Below are positions 27,363-35,505 of a DNA stretch of 64,000 nt, one piece after another. The notes beneath the pieces are model-generated. The model was not told the DNA's origin. It worked only from the letters and a program-made list of their open reading frames with translations, and did not search any database. The stretch spans positions 1,111 through 65,110 of the forward strand of contig CALIGI010000082.1 of NCBI GenBank assembly GCA_938021205.1, given 5' to 3'. The stretch is from an uncultured Pseudanabaenaceae cyanobacterium. Lineage in GTDB: Bacteria > Cyanobacteriota > Cyanobacteriia > PCC-9006 > JAAUQQ01. Each line of letters starts with the position of its first letter. Within the stretch, counting starts at the first letter, position 1. The position numbers and the translations under genes were made by a program.

Positions 27363-29201
27363 TCAAGGCTTGAGGGCCATTCCATTCTTTTCTCGGACTT
27401 GGGCATTAGAGTCTTGGGATAGTGATTCAGGTAGAGTTTGCACCAGGCTATAGTCCACGGGCGATCGCGTCAAACTGTCCGCATAATTCTGATTGAGATA
27501 GTCACTGTATTGCGCTTCGCCTCGCAGGTGGCGATTGAAAAAGGCCAATCCCATGGCTTTGAGCCCTGGCTGGGCGAGCTTGTTGTTGGGACCTAAAAGA
27601 CTTTCGGGCAGGGCGACAACTTCACTGCTGCCGTCATCTCCAATGAACGTGAAGTGGGTCCCGTTATTGACGAGGAGTAGATATTTATTGGGGGTTTTCA
27701 GCCATTGAAAGGGCTGAAGCTGTTCGGGTAAGGCTGGAGCCACGTAGTCATGGGTACCTGCCACGAGCATCACGGGAATATTCAAGGGTTCTAGGCCAGC
27801 GCGGCCAAAAATCTGGCTGGTGAGGGGGTTGATTGCCAAGACGGCTGTGACGCGCTTATCCCTCGTTTCCAGGGATATGTCTTGGGGGAGGTCCAGGATG
27901 CGGCATTGAAGGGGGATGGAGATGTTGAGGCTAAATCGGCTCACTTCTTCGGGACAGTAGCGGTTAAGTTGTGGTCGATTGATTTGTGCTCCCCCTGCAG
28001 CGAGGGCGGTGTAGCCTCCGAGGGATTGACCTGCTACGCCGACTGCTTCTAAATCGAGATTGGCTAGGGCAGGGTTTGTTTGAGCCCGTTGGGTGAGATG
28101 GTCTAGGGCTGCGGTGATATCTTGGGGACGCCGCAAGAGTTCCCTGGCACTGGGGGGAGCTGCCAGGCCGCTGAGGAAGCGGCTGAAGCGATCGGTACTG
28201 GTCTCGTTGTGCTCAAGGACTAGGACTGCATAGCCGTAGGAGGTCCAATGCTCGGCGAGGTAAGCGAAGGTGCGACGGTTGGAGCCTAGTCCGTGGGAAA
28301 GCACGATGATGGGAGTTTTAGGAGCCGCTGTTTCACCATTGATGGAGAGCGGGGAGATGGGTCGTTTGGGGATGTAGAGGTCTGCTAAGGAAAAGCTAGG
28401 ACGACTCGGTGTGCGAAAGGTGAGGGGCTGCCTGCGCCAGGTGAGGGGGCCGGGCTGGGTGAGGTTCTCGAAGCGGCGGGCTGTGGGGAGGCGATCGCGA
28501 TTGGCCTGTTCCTGGATTGCTCGAATGACCTCAGGGCGGCGGATGTAGAAGTCAGAGTTTTCGCTGATGAGTTCCAGCGCTTGGGAGACATCCAGGGTAA
28601 GACGCTTCCTGGGATATTGCCGCACGATGTTGAGCAAGCTGATGCCATCGGGATGGACCGAGGCTGCGAGAATCGTTTCTTGAAGTAGTTCGGTGCTACT
28701 GCGAGGGGTAGCCCCTGCGATTGAGTCATTCTCGATGATTAAGCTGCCTAGGCGGGCTAGTAAAACATCCCCTTCAGGTAAGGCCAAAAATTGAGATAGG
28801 GCGGTGGGATTAAAGTCGAAGCTGGTCTGGAGAAGGGCGCGCAGAGATTCGATTTGGCCAGGTTTGCTGGCAGCTTTGACAAAGCCTAGGTTGGCAGAAA
28901 CCTTGCCTTCATTGGCGAGCAGTTCCAAGTCGGCCAGGGTTATGTCAAAGGAGATGGACTTGAGGGTGATGTTGATGGCTTCGGCGGCCAGGCTAGGGCA
29001 AGGTATGGCCAGGGCTAAGCTGGCAAGACTCGCTCCTAGGAATTTTCCTAGCGCTTTCCTGGGGGCTAGGCTCAGAAATTTTGTCAATGCGAAATTCTCC
29101 TGATCTTTCTCCTGACTTTGGAGTGCGAGGGAGTTGGATAAATGGGAAGAGAGAAGCTGATGCAGCGATTTCTGGGTCAGCTTTCGAAGCGATCGCGTCA
29201 T
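27363..29201 (-). CDS. alpha/beta hydrolase with N-terminal DUF1400-like region
   Basis: HGLGSNRRTFAYLAEHW and the nucleophile elbow GQSLGG. A signal-like segment LASLALAIPCPSLAAEA is present. Confidence 0.75.
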   Translation of the reverse strand: MTRSLRKLTQKSLHQLLSSHLSNSLALQSQEKDQENFALTKFLSLAPRKALGKFLGASLASLALAIPCPSLAAEAINITLKSISFDITLADLELLANEGKVSANLGFVKAASKPGQIESLRALLQTSFDFNPTALSQFLALPEGDVLLARLGSLIIENDSIAGATPRSSTELLQETILAASVHPDGISLLNIVRQYPRKRLTLDVSQALELISENSDFYIRRPEVIRAIQEQANRDRLPTARRFENLTQPGPLTWRRQPLTFRTPSRPSFSLADLYIPKRPISPLSINGETAAPKTPIIVLSHGLGSNRRTFAYLAEHWTSYGYAVLVLEHNETSTDRFSRFLSGLAAPPSARELLRRPQDITAALDHLTQRAQTNPALANLDLEAVGVAGQSLGGYTALAAGGAQINRPQLNRYCPEEVSRFSLNISIPLQCRILDLPQDISLETRDKRVTAVLAINPLTSQIFGRAGLEPLNIPVMLVAGTHDYVAPALPEQLQPFQWLKTPNKYLLLVNNGTHFTFIGDDGSSEVVALPESLLGPNNKLAQPGLKAMGLAFFNRHLRGEAQYSDYLNQNYADSLTRSPVDYSLVQTLPESLSQDSNAQVREKNGMALKP

Positions 29202-29383
29202 CGGTTGAGACCTGCTGTGAAGTCGCCTTGAGGTGCCTGAGTTTGGAGGGTTCCTATGGGATCTAAACCAAATAGGTCACAGATGTAGCAATAGGAACGG
29301 ACTAGTCGTCGTCGGGCTAGCTTGCGGCGATATAACCTAAATTTCGATCTTCTCAAACTTTTTCCCCATCGTCACGAGCAAAT

Positions 29384-29415
29384 TTTTTGTACCTGGGAGT
29401 TTTTGTACCTGGGAG
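29384..29415. repeat. perfect 16-bp tandem duplication
   Basis: TTTTTGTACCTGGGAG repeated twice. Confidence 0.85.
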
Positions 29416-29471
29416 CTTGGGGCCTTGATGCCCTCTCAATATGAGTACTCTTGATCGCGGATATCTGGACC

Positions 29472-29503
29472 AAAAAGCCCACCGCAGGTTGATGTGGTGG
29501 GCT
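29472..29503 (-). terminator. intrinsic terminator of msrB
   Basis: AGCCCACC / GGTGGGCT stem (29476-29503). On the minus strand it is followed by TTTTTGG. Confidence 0.65.
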
Positions 29504-29596
29504 CAGATTAGATGACGCCTATCTCTTGGGATGAGCTACGGCTGTGATTAGCGACAGGTCCAGTATTGGGCGCATCTCCATTCCGTTGTGGCTTGA

Positions 29597-30013
29597 TTAG
29601 CTGCCGCTAGCAGGCTCAAAGCGTAGGGAGACGCCATTCATGCAGTAGCGCTGCCCCGTAGGCTTGGGACCGTCTGGGAAGACATGGCCGAGGTGACCAC
29701 CGCAGTTGCTGCAATGGACTTCGGTGCGGACCATGAAGAGGGTGCGATCGCTCGTGGTCCCCACTGCACCCTGAAGCGGGTCGTAGAAGCTAGGCCAGCC
29801 CGTACGACTGTTGAACTTTGTTTCTGCATCAAACAGCTTTTGGTCACAGCCTGCACAGTAGTAAGTGCCAGGCTCATAAGTTTTATCGAGGGGGCTGCTG
29901 AAGGCGCGCTCGGTGCCATGCTTGCGCAACACACGGAAGGCTTCGGGAGACAATTCCGCTTGCCATTCCGCCTCGGTTTTTTGGACGGGATACTGTTCGT
30001 TGTTGTCTGCCAT
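29597..30013 (-). CDS. msrB: peptide-methionine (R)-S-oxide reductase
   Basis: YYCAGCDQKLF, GWPSF and HCSNCGGHLGHVFPDGP. Confidence 0.95.
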   Translation of the reverse strand: MADNNEQYPVQKTEAEWQAELSPEAFRVLRKHGTERAFSSPLDKTYEPGTYYCAGCDQKLFDAETKFNSRTGWPSFYDPLQGAVGTTSDRTLFMVRTEVHCSNCGGHLGHVFPDGPKPTGQRYCMNGVSLRFEPASGS

Positions 30014-30649
30014 GAAGTTGAGAAGGTTAATGCGCGGGACGGTTCAGGAATGAAGGCTGGGTAATGCGACAAAAGAGAACTGTCAATTGGCAGTCTACTC
30101 AGCAGCAATCCCTTGCTCTATCTACGTTGAGTCTAGCAGGCGTGGCTAATCTCTGCCCGGTCGAAAACCGGAATGGACTAGGGGCTTATTACTAAATCTT
30201 TGAGAAAAAATAAAAATTGCCAAAATCATCTCAGGGCAAGTTTTTGAAGAAAAGGATTTAATCCTTCACCAGAGCGTTTTTTCCTTATTTCCCTTGGGCA
30301 ACCTGCAAATAAGGCCAGTTCACCTAAGGGACGTTTTATCTAAGTAGCCAAGCGTTGGAATGGAGACTCTTCGCCCGAGATTCATATTGCGTTTTGTGTG
30401 GATTTTGACTCGGATAGGCATCCTTGCGACAGCTCAGCCCCTTATGCAAAAAAGTCTCTAACCGCCATTACAACTTTGCCAGTTGCAGTTGATTTTTCTG
30501 CTTGGGAGCGGTGGCGGACAGCGAAACATTGGCTCAGGTTCCTCCTGTAGAAGCATTGCCCCATGCTGTTTCAGACACCGCCTTTTCTAGGTGTGTTGAG
30601 GTCCTTCTACACAAGTTCTACAACGGCTTTTTTATCCGGTATTTACGCT

Positions 30650-32080
30650 ATGTCCTCCCGGTCTATCTCCCTCGCTGCCCTTTCCTGTTTGCTGCTGGTT
30701 AGCGGTACGGGCTGTTCCCAAATCTCCAACCTGTCTTCCAGTAAGGCGTCGGAGTCCCTTGAGGGGGCGCTGACCGAAACGATTGAAGAAGCTCAAGCTG
30801 CTACCACTGGGGTAGAAGCGGTAGAGGAAATCCCTGAGGTGATTTCCCAGGCTGGCTACGTCAAAGCTGCTGAGGAAGCCAGTGCCCGCGCCCAGAACAA
30901 CGCCAAGACCGCTGTGACCCGTGCGGAATGGACCCAGGTGGATGGGGACTGGCAGCAGGCGATTAATAACCTTGAAGCGGTGGGTGAGGATGCGGCTGAG
31001 TACGGTGAGGCCCGTACTAAGTTGGCCAGCTATAAGAATAGCCAGGCTGCCGCATCCAAAAACTATCTGTCAGCGGATGAGGCCCGTTACGACATCTTGA
31101 CTACTTCTCCGGTTAACGATGCGGCTAAAGCTGGGACCTTTGAAGCAGATGCTCGCCAGGTTCGTGAATGGCTGTATAAAGGGGAATTTAAGAAGGTCAA
31201 TACGCTGCTGCGCAGCAGCGTGAGCAGCAATCGCCGCACCAGCAACGGCATGATGTACGCGGATGCTGTGTTAGTAAATGTTTTTAATGGCCCTGGCGTT
31301 GTGGCTTCTCCCAAGTTGATGACCCAGCTCAACAAGTGGGTTGAGGCTGAGCCTGAGAATGCCATGGCCTATGCTGTTCGCGCTTACTCCAATCAGGCTT
31401 CCATCACCTGGACTCGTCTCTTTCTGGTGCGTCCCGATGACTCCCGTGAGAGCCTGGTTCCTGAGATTTCCGTTCAGCCACTGACGGTTAGCCTCATGGA
31501 TGCTGAGGTTGCCTTGGAGCTAGAGTCTGGAAATCGCTTGGCGCATCTTGCCAAACTGCGAATGGCAAAGATTATTGGTTTAGGCCAAGAAGAGACAGAA
31601 GGAGCAGTGGAGCAGGCAGACGAGTTCGCCTTTTTTGAGCCCAATTACTTCGAGACTACGTTCAAAGCAGCGAAAGCGGCAATGCCCAGTAGCTACGAAG
31701 TTGTGCAAGAGAAGGCACAGTATTTACTAATTCTGGACCGCTCCGGGGCGCGTGCGCTGGAATACCTACGACCCGTTGCAGCCTCTGCGCCTGCAAATAG
31801 CGCAGTTCCGATGCTAATTCCTATGATCCATTTCATGATTGGCAGCACCAATGAAATTATGGCTGAGCATCTCCAGAAGCCTGATGTTTGGGATGAAGTC
31901 CAAAAGAATGCGGAACGTGCCATTTCGGGTCTTCCAGAGTCTGGACTTTTCCCCGCTTGGTATGCTTACATGGCATCCCGCTCAAATAATAGCGAAGTTG
32001 CTAATAAGTATATGCAGATTGCCATGAACAACGGCGGCGAGAGCCCCTTGGTTCAGTCCTTCCTGCGCATGATGATGTAG
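30650..32080 (+). CDS. lipoprotein, unknown function
   Basis: MSSRSISLAALSCLLLVSGTGCSQ lipobox. The remainder is helical with no recognised motif. Confidence 0.6.
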   Translation: MSSRSISLAALSCLLLVSGTGCSQISNLSSSKASESLEGALTETIEEAQAATTGVEAVEEIPEVISQAGYVKAAEEASARAQNNAKTAVTRAEWTQVDGDWQQAINNLEAVGEDAAEYGEARTKLASYKNSQAAASKNYLSADEARYDILTTSPVNDAAKAGTFEADARQVREWLYKGEFKKVNTLLRSSVSSNRRTSNGMMYADAVLVNVFNGPGVVASPKLMTQLNKWVEAEPENAMAYAVRAYSNQASITWTRLFLVRPDDSRESLVPEISVQPLTVSLMDAEVALELESGNRLAHLAKLRMAKIIGLGQEETEGAVEQADEFAFFEPNYFETTFKAAKAAMPSSYEVVQEKAQYLLILDRSGARALEYLRPVAASAPANSAVPMLIPMIHFMIGSTNEIMAEHLQKPDVWDEVQKNAERAISGLPESGLFPAWYAYMASRSNNSEVANKYMQIAMNNGGESPLVQSFLRMMM

Positions 32081-32165
32081 TTGCAACTTATGTCCCTGCC
32101 TAAGTCGTCAGCTTTGACTGCTTAGGGCGATCGGTTCCTGGCTTTGGCTGGGAGCCGATTTTGTC

Positions 32166-33629
32166 TTACGACTGCTTAAACCGCTCCTTCGCCTCATCAA
32201 AGGCCGAGCGCATCACCCCCTGAATCTTCTCGGGGTCCGGCGTTTTACCGCCCATGAGATCGCCGAAATAAACGCAGGCGCTCTCACCCAAGGCCCAGGT
32301 ATAGGCCGCAGCCCAGGATGCTGCTACAACACTGCCGAAAACCGGGATAAACTTGACCAGCTCCCGCCCGATCACCTGGGCCAGGAATCCTCCGGCAATA
32401 CTGCTAACCACCCCGCCCGCCTGGGATGGGCTAAGGGTTTGGCCGTAGAGTTTGCCGAGTAATCCCACCATGGAAACCTGGAGGGCTGTGAGCACTGGCA
32501 TGGTGGCGAAGGGCAAAGGCACGGCGGCGGCGGTGGCGGCCATGATCGAGAAAGCTGATATGTAGCGGCGGCCTACGTTGCGATAGAGGCTACCCAGTTG
32601 CTCATTGACATCAGTCTGTTCGTTTAGCAACTGCTCTAGGGCACGGGATTCGGCTTCGGGGAGTAGCGCTGCGAGGCGATCGCGCAATTGCTCTAGTCCA
32701 TACAAAGCTGGAGTGTATTCGTCCTCTTCTAGAGTGAAGTCCAGCAGTAGTGCCTGGTCGTAGAGCCCGGCAAAGTCTTGTTGGATGGCTGCGAATGCAC
32801 GGGTGACTGCTTCAAAGGTTGGCGGATAGGCAGGGTGATCGTCCCGGGGACTGGGGTAAAGTTCGTGGAGGCAGGTGACGGCTAGGAAGATGGGAATGGC
32901 GGGGTAGGTTGCCCGGAGGGTTTGGGCGATTGCTCGTAGGCTATCCGTGGCGAAGTCGTTGATCTTAACCGTCAGAATCAGAATTCTTGCGCCTTGACCT
33001 TCGCCTTCTAATTCCGTTGTCAGTTCCCCGAGGATGTCCTCGGTGGACTGGCTGGCATCACCCAAGCCCACGGTATCGGTGAAGATCAGCAGGGGCAGCT
33101 CGTCTGAGGGGTAGGCGTAGCGTTGGGTGTGCTGGGTATGGGGTCGGTAGCCCTGGCCGATAATTTCGGCAGAAACTCCTGTGAGGCCTCGCACAATGGA
33201 ACTTTTGCCGGTTTGGGGCTTGCCGATGAGTAGGGCTTCGGTGGTGGGTAGCTCGGTGCGGACAGCGGCTAGAATCTCGGCGACTCTGGCTTCACTGACA
33301 TTGAGATAGTCGTTGAACCAACCACTGGCACTGCCACTCACTTTTTGCGCAGTACTGCCGACCTGTTGGGCAACTTCCTGAGCCTGTTTGATAGGGAGGC
33401 GTTTCTTGAGCGCTGTTGGGATTGCGCCCAGGGGAGGGATTGCCTTGACGATGAATTTGCTGAGTTTTTGCCAGGTGGCGGGTGGTTGACCGGAATTTGG
33501 ACCAGAATTTGGACCGGCATTGAGACTGGCATGGGGGCTAGGTTCGGTGAGCTCCTTAGATGATGAGGGCTCGGAGTTCATTGTGTTCTGGGAAATGTCT
33601 TCCGTCATGACAGCCACGCTAAGAGCCAA
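32166..33629 (-). CDS. GTP-binding protein with C-terminal DUF697-like membrane domain
   Basis: P-loop GKPQTGKSS and DTVGLGD. The C-terminus has hydrophobic Gly-rich segments (GGVVSSIAGGFLAQVIG, VFGSVVAASWAAAYTWALG). Confidence 0.7.
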   Translation of the reverse strand: MALSVAVMTEDISQNTMNSEPSSSKELTEPSPHASLNAGPNSGPNSGQPPATWQKLSKFIVKAIPPLGAIPTALKKRLPIKQAQEVAQQVGSTAQKVSGSASGWFNDYLNVSEARVAEILAAVRTELPTTEALLIGKPQTGKSSIVRGLTGVSAEIIGQGYRPHTQHTQRYAYPSDELPLLIFTDTVGLGDASQSTEDILGELTTELEGEGQGARILILTVKINDFATDSLRAIAQTLRATYPAIPIFLAVTCLHELYPSPRDDHPAYPPTFEAVTRAFAAIQQDFAGLYDQALLLDFTLEEDEYTPALYGLEQLRDRLAALLPEAESRALEQLLNEQTDVNEQLGSLYRNVGRRYISAFSIMAATAAAVPLPFATMPVLTALQVSMVGLLGKLYGQTLSPSQAGGVVSSIAGGFLAQVIGRELVKFIPVFGSVVAASWAAAYTWALGESACVYFGDLMGGKTPDPEKIQGVMRSAFDEAKERFKQS

Positions 33630-33787
33630 AATCCTTATTCTGATTATCGGATTTTGGTCTAGGTCTGGCTAGGGGGCTTATCCGAATTGAGGAGGAGTAG
33701 CATCACGAAAATTTCTATGGTGCTAATCACGGTAATCAATCGCAAAGGAGGCCTGGAGATATAGATATCCCTAATCTCGGGGGTGCC

Positions 33788-33806
33788 ATCACAAGATCTT
33801 CACATT
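33788..33806 (+). promoter_or_regulatory. TCACA-N6-TCACA direct-repeat box A, with a -10-like TAAGGT at 33814-33819
   Basis: ATCACAAGATCTTCACATT. There are 9 nt between the second TCACA and TAAGGT. The box lies 50 nt upstream of ATG 33856. Confidence 0.6.
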
Positions 33807-33855
33807 GGTTCTTTAAGGTGGACCCATAACCAAAGAGAATTTGAGAGCAAGAGCC

Positions 33856-34020
33856 ATGTCTGGTTATCCTGATTGCCCTTGCTGCTCCTATGAACTCCTT
33901 CGCCATGTGAGCGATCGAGGAACGGCTTGGTTCTGTTCCCATAGCTATCAAGAAATACCTGTATGGAGCCTATCCGATGGCTTGAAGATCTCTGCTATTG
34001 GAGCATCACGAAAAGCATGA
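33856..34020 (+). CDS. small Zn-ribbon-like protein (54 aa), copy A
   Basis: Hand translation gives MSGYPDCPCCSYELLRHVSDRGTAWFCSHSYQEIPV... It is a paralogue of 41922-42101, and the fourth Cys is replaced by Ser. Confidence 0.6.
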   Translation: MSGYPDCPCCSYELLRHVSDRGTAWFCSHSYQEIPVWSLSDGLKISAIGASRKA

Positions 34021-34367
34021 TGGAATTACGCCCCTGCGATCTCACCCGGCAGCCGACTACGCTCGGTCAGATCGTTGATGAATTTGTCAGTAGTTGCCCC
34101 ACCCCCATCTATGGGGATATCTTGGCTCGTCCGGTGGTGCGTCGCTATTTAATTAACTATGTTTTGCAGCGCATCCAGTGGGAGCTGCCTCCGGGGCTAC
34201 TGCGGGTGGATGAGACCCAGCCAGAGATGGCACGGCAGGATGTTGTCGCCTTTCGCCAATATGTTGAATGCGCGATCTACTGGGGCATGGAGGAGATTAT
34301 TCGCGATCGCCTCGACCTATCCCTGAGTGAGAGCCACAACAGCCTCGCGATCGGATCTGGGGGCTAA
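34017..34367 (+). CDS. uncharacterised 116-aa protein, copy A (paralogue of 42098-42457)
   Basis: ATGA start/stop overlap with the upstream Zn-ribbon ORF, as in copy B. The shared core is EFVSSCP.P.YG...RPVVRRYL..YVL.R.QWELP..LLRVDETQP...YVECAIYWGMEEIIRDRLDLSL. Confidence 0.75.
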   Translation: MMELRPCDLTRQPTTLGQIVDEFVSSCPTPIYGDILARPVVRRYLINYVLQRIQWELPPGLLRVDETQPEMARQDVVAFRQYVECAIYWGMEEIIRDRLDLSLSESHNSLAIGSGG

Positions 34368-34675
34368 CCTTTAACCCGTTCTCTCTCTGGTCTACCGCTT
34401 CCTAACGTTGCCAATGCCAAGGAGTTGAGGCTGAACCAACTAAAACCTGCGTAGAATCTGTTCGCAGTTCTCTGGGCTTGGTGAATTTAGCGACTCTACC
34501 CCCTGCCAAATCCCTTCAGTGGATATTTGAAAAGCGTCTTTGCTCCTAGGGTCAGTCAGTTGAATACGGAGTCTAAGCACCCTTGGGGAGAGAGCGACGA
34601 CTTCTCGCAGTGATTGTGCAGTTTGGCTAGCTTCCCCAAACATTCTCTAAAACTAAATTTGCTGAGTAGAGCCCC

Positions 34676-34858
34676 ATGAACATTGATCAAGAGCCCACCG
34701 CAGCAGCATCCTACGCTCGCACGTTAGTTGCTCGGGGCTGCCCCCAAAGGCTTGCTATTGTGGTTGGCACCATCTTGGCGAGAACCGACAACGCTCTGGA
34801 ATACACCCGCCAAGAAAAAGAACTGATTGGCCAAGCCTATGGGCATTTGGCTCGGTAG
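34676..34858 (+). CDS. hypothetical small protein
   Basis: 60-aa ORF only. Confidence 0.3.
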   Translation: MNIDQEPTAAASYARTLVARGCPQRLAIVVGTILARTDNALEYTRQEKELIGQAYGHLAR

Positions 34859-35065
34859 TTGAGGCCCGGTGAGCTGTTCTGAAGAAAGCAACATCTGGAA
34901 TTACATGAGCCCATTAAAGTCAGACAATGTGAGTGAGCTTCTTGTGACGTCCTAGTCACGGTGGGGACCTCTTGATCAAATGTTGACGTTCACGATAGAG
35001 CTAGTGAGGCTGGATCATAGGCTTGGAGGCTGTCAAACCTATGCGAGTTTAGAGATCTCTACACT

Positions 35066-35250
35066 CACAAAAGAAAGGGCCAGTCTAAGGAATTAGACTG
35101 GCCCTTTCTTTATATTCAATAGCCTATATAGTCCAACGATAAAAGTTGGGATGGCTAGTGGGATTTATACAACAAACAGTCAGTAAGTTAGCCGTTTTAT
35201 AATCCTCAAAAGGAGGTTTGGCCAACAAGATTTAAACAGTTGATTTGTCT
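35066..35250 (-). ncRNA. candidate small RNA (box C promoter to terminator, no ATG ORF)
   Basis: Box C at 35272-35290 points leftwards and the terminator at 35110-35071 closes the unit. I found no ATG in the intervening minus-strand sequence. Confidence 0.3.
35071..35110. terminator. bidirectional intrinsic terminator
   Basis: Perfect 16-bp stem AAGAAAGGGCCAGTCT / AGACTGGCCCTTTCTT with loop AAGGAATT. T-rich sequence follows on both strands. Confidence 0.8.
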
Positions 35251-35271
35251 CTTACCTATTGAACCTCACGC

Positions 35272-35290
35272 AATGTGAAGATCTTGTGAA
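35272..35290 (-). promoter_or_regulatory. TCACA-N6-TCACA direct-repeat box C (minus orientation)
   Basis: The minus strand reads TTCACAAGATCTTCACATT. Possible -10 hexamers are TTCAAT (35263-35258) or TAGGTA (35258-35253), so the spacing differs from boxes A, B and D. Confidence 0.5.
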
Positions 35291-35505
35291 TAGGCCAATC
35301 TAAATGCAGACCATCGAAATTTCATGGGACCGGAGAGACTGGTACCAAACTCGCTAGGGGCTGGGGATGACCCGGCTTTATTGAGCCAAGGTAGAGTCAC
35401 GGCAATGCGGTTACATTCTTAAAACTACATTTAACTTCATGTTTCGTAGTGGGTTTGTGAGATTTCTAGACGGATACTTAAAACAAGCTAAATAATTTGG
35501 CTCCT

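Noticed and set aside
29389-29410. GTA...GTAC strings inside the 16-bp tandem repeat, considered as an NtcA site (GTA-N8-TAC).
   Set aside because: The spacing and the second half-site do not fit the consensus.
29638-30108. 156-aa and 126-aa ORFs overlapping msrB in other frames.
   Set aside because: msrB is identified unambiguously (CxxC ... CGGHLGHVF). The alternatives are shadow ORFs.
33702-33730. Two extra ATCAC half-sites (33702, 33726) upstream of box A.
   Set aside because: The second half-sites are poor matches, and the spacings (24 and 62 bp) do not repeat the 11-bp geometry. The evidence is too weak to call additional boxes.
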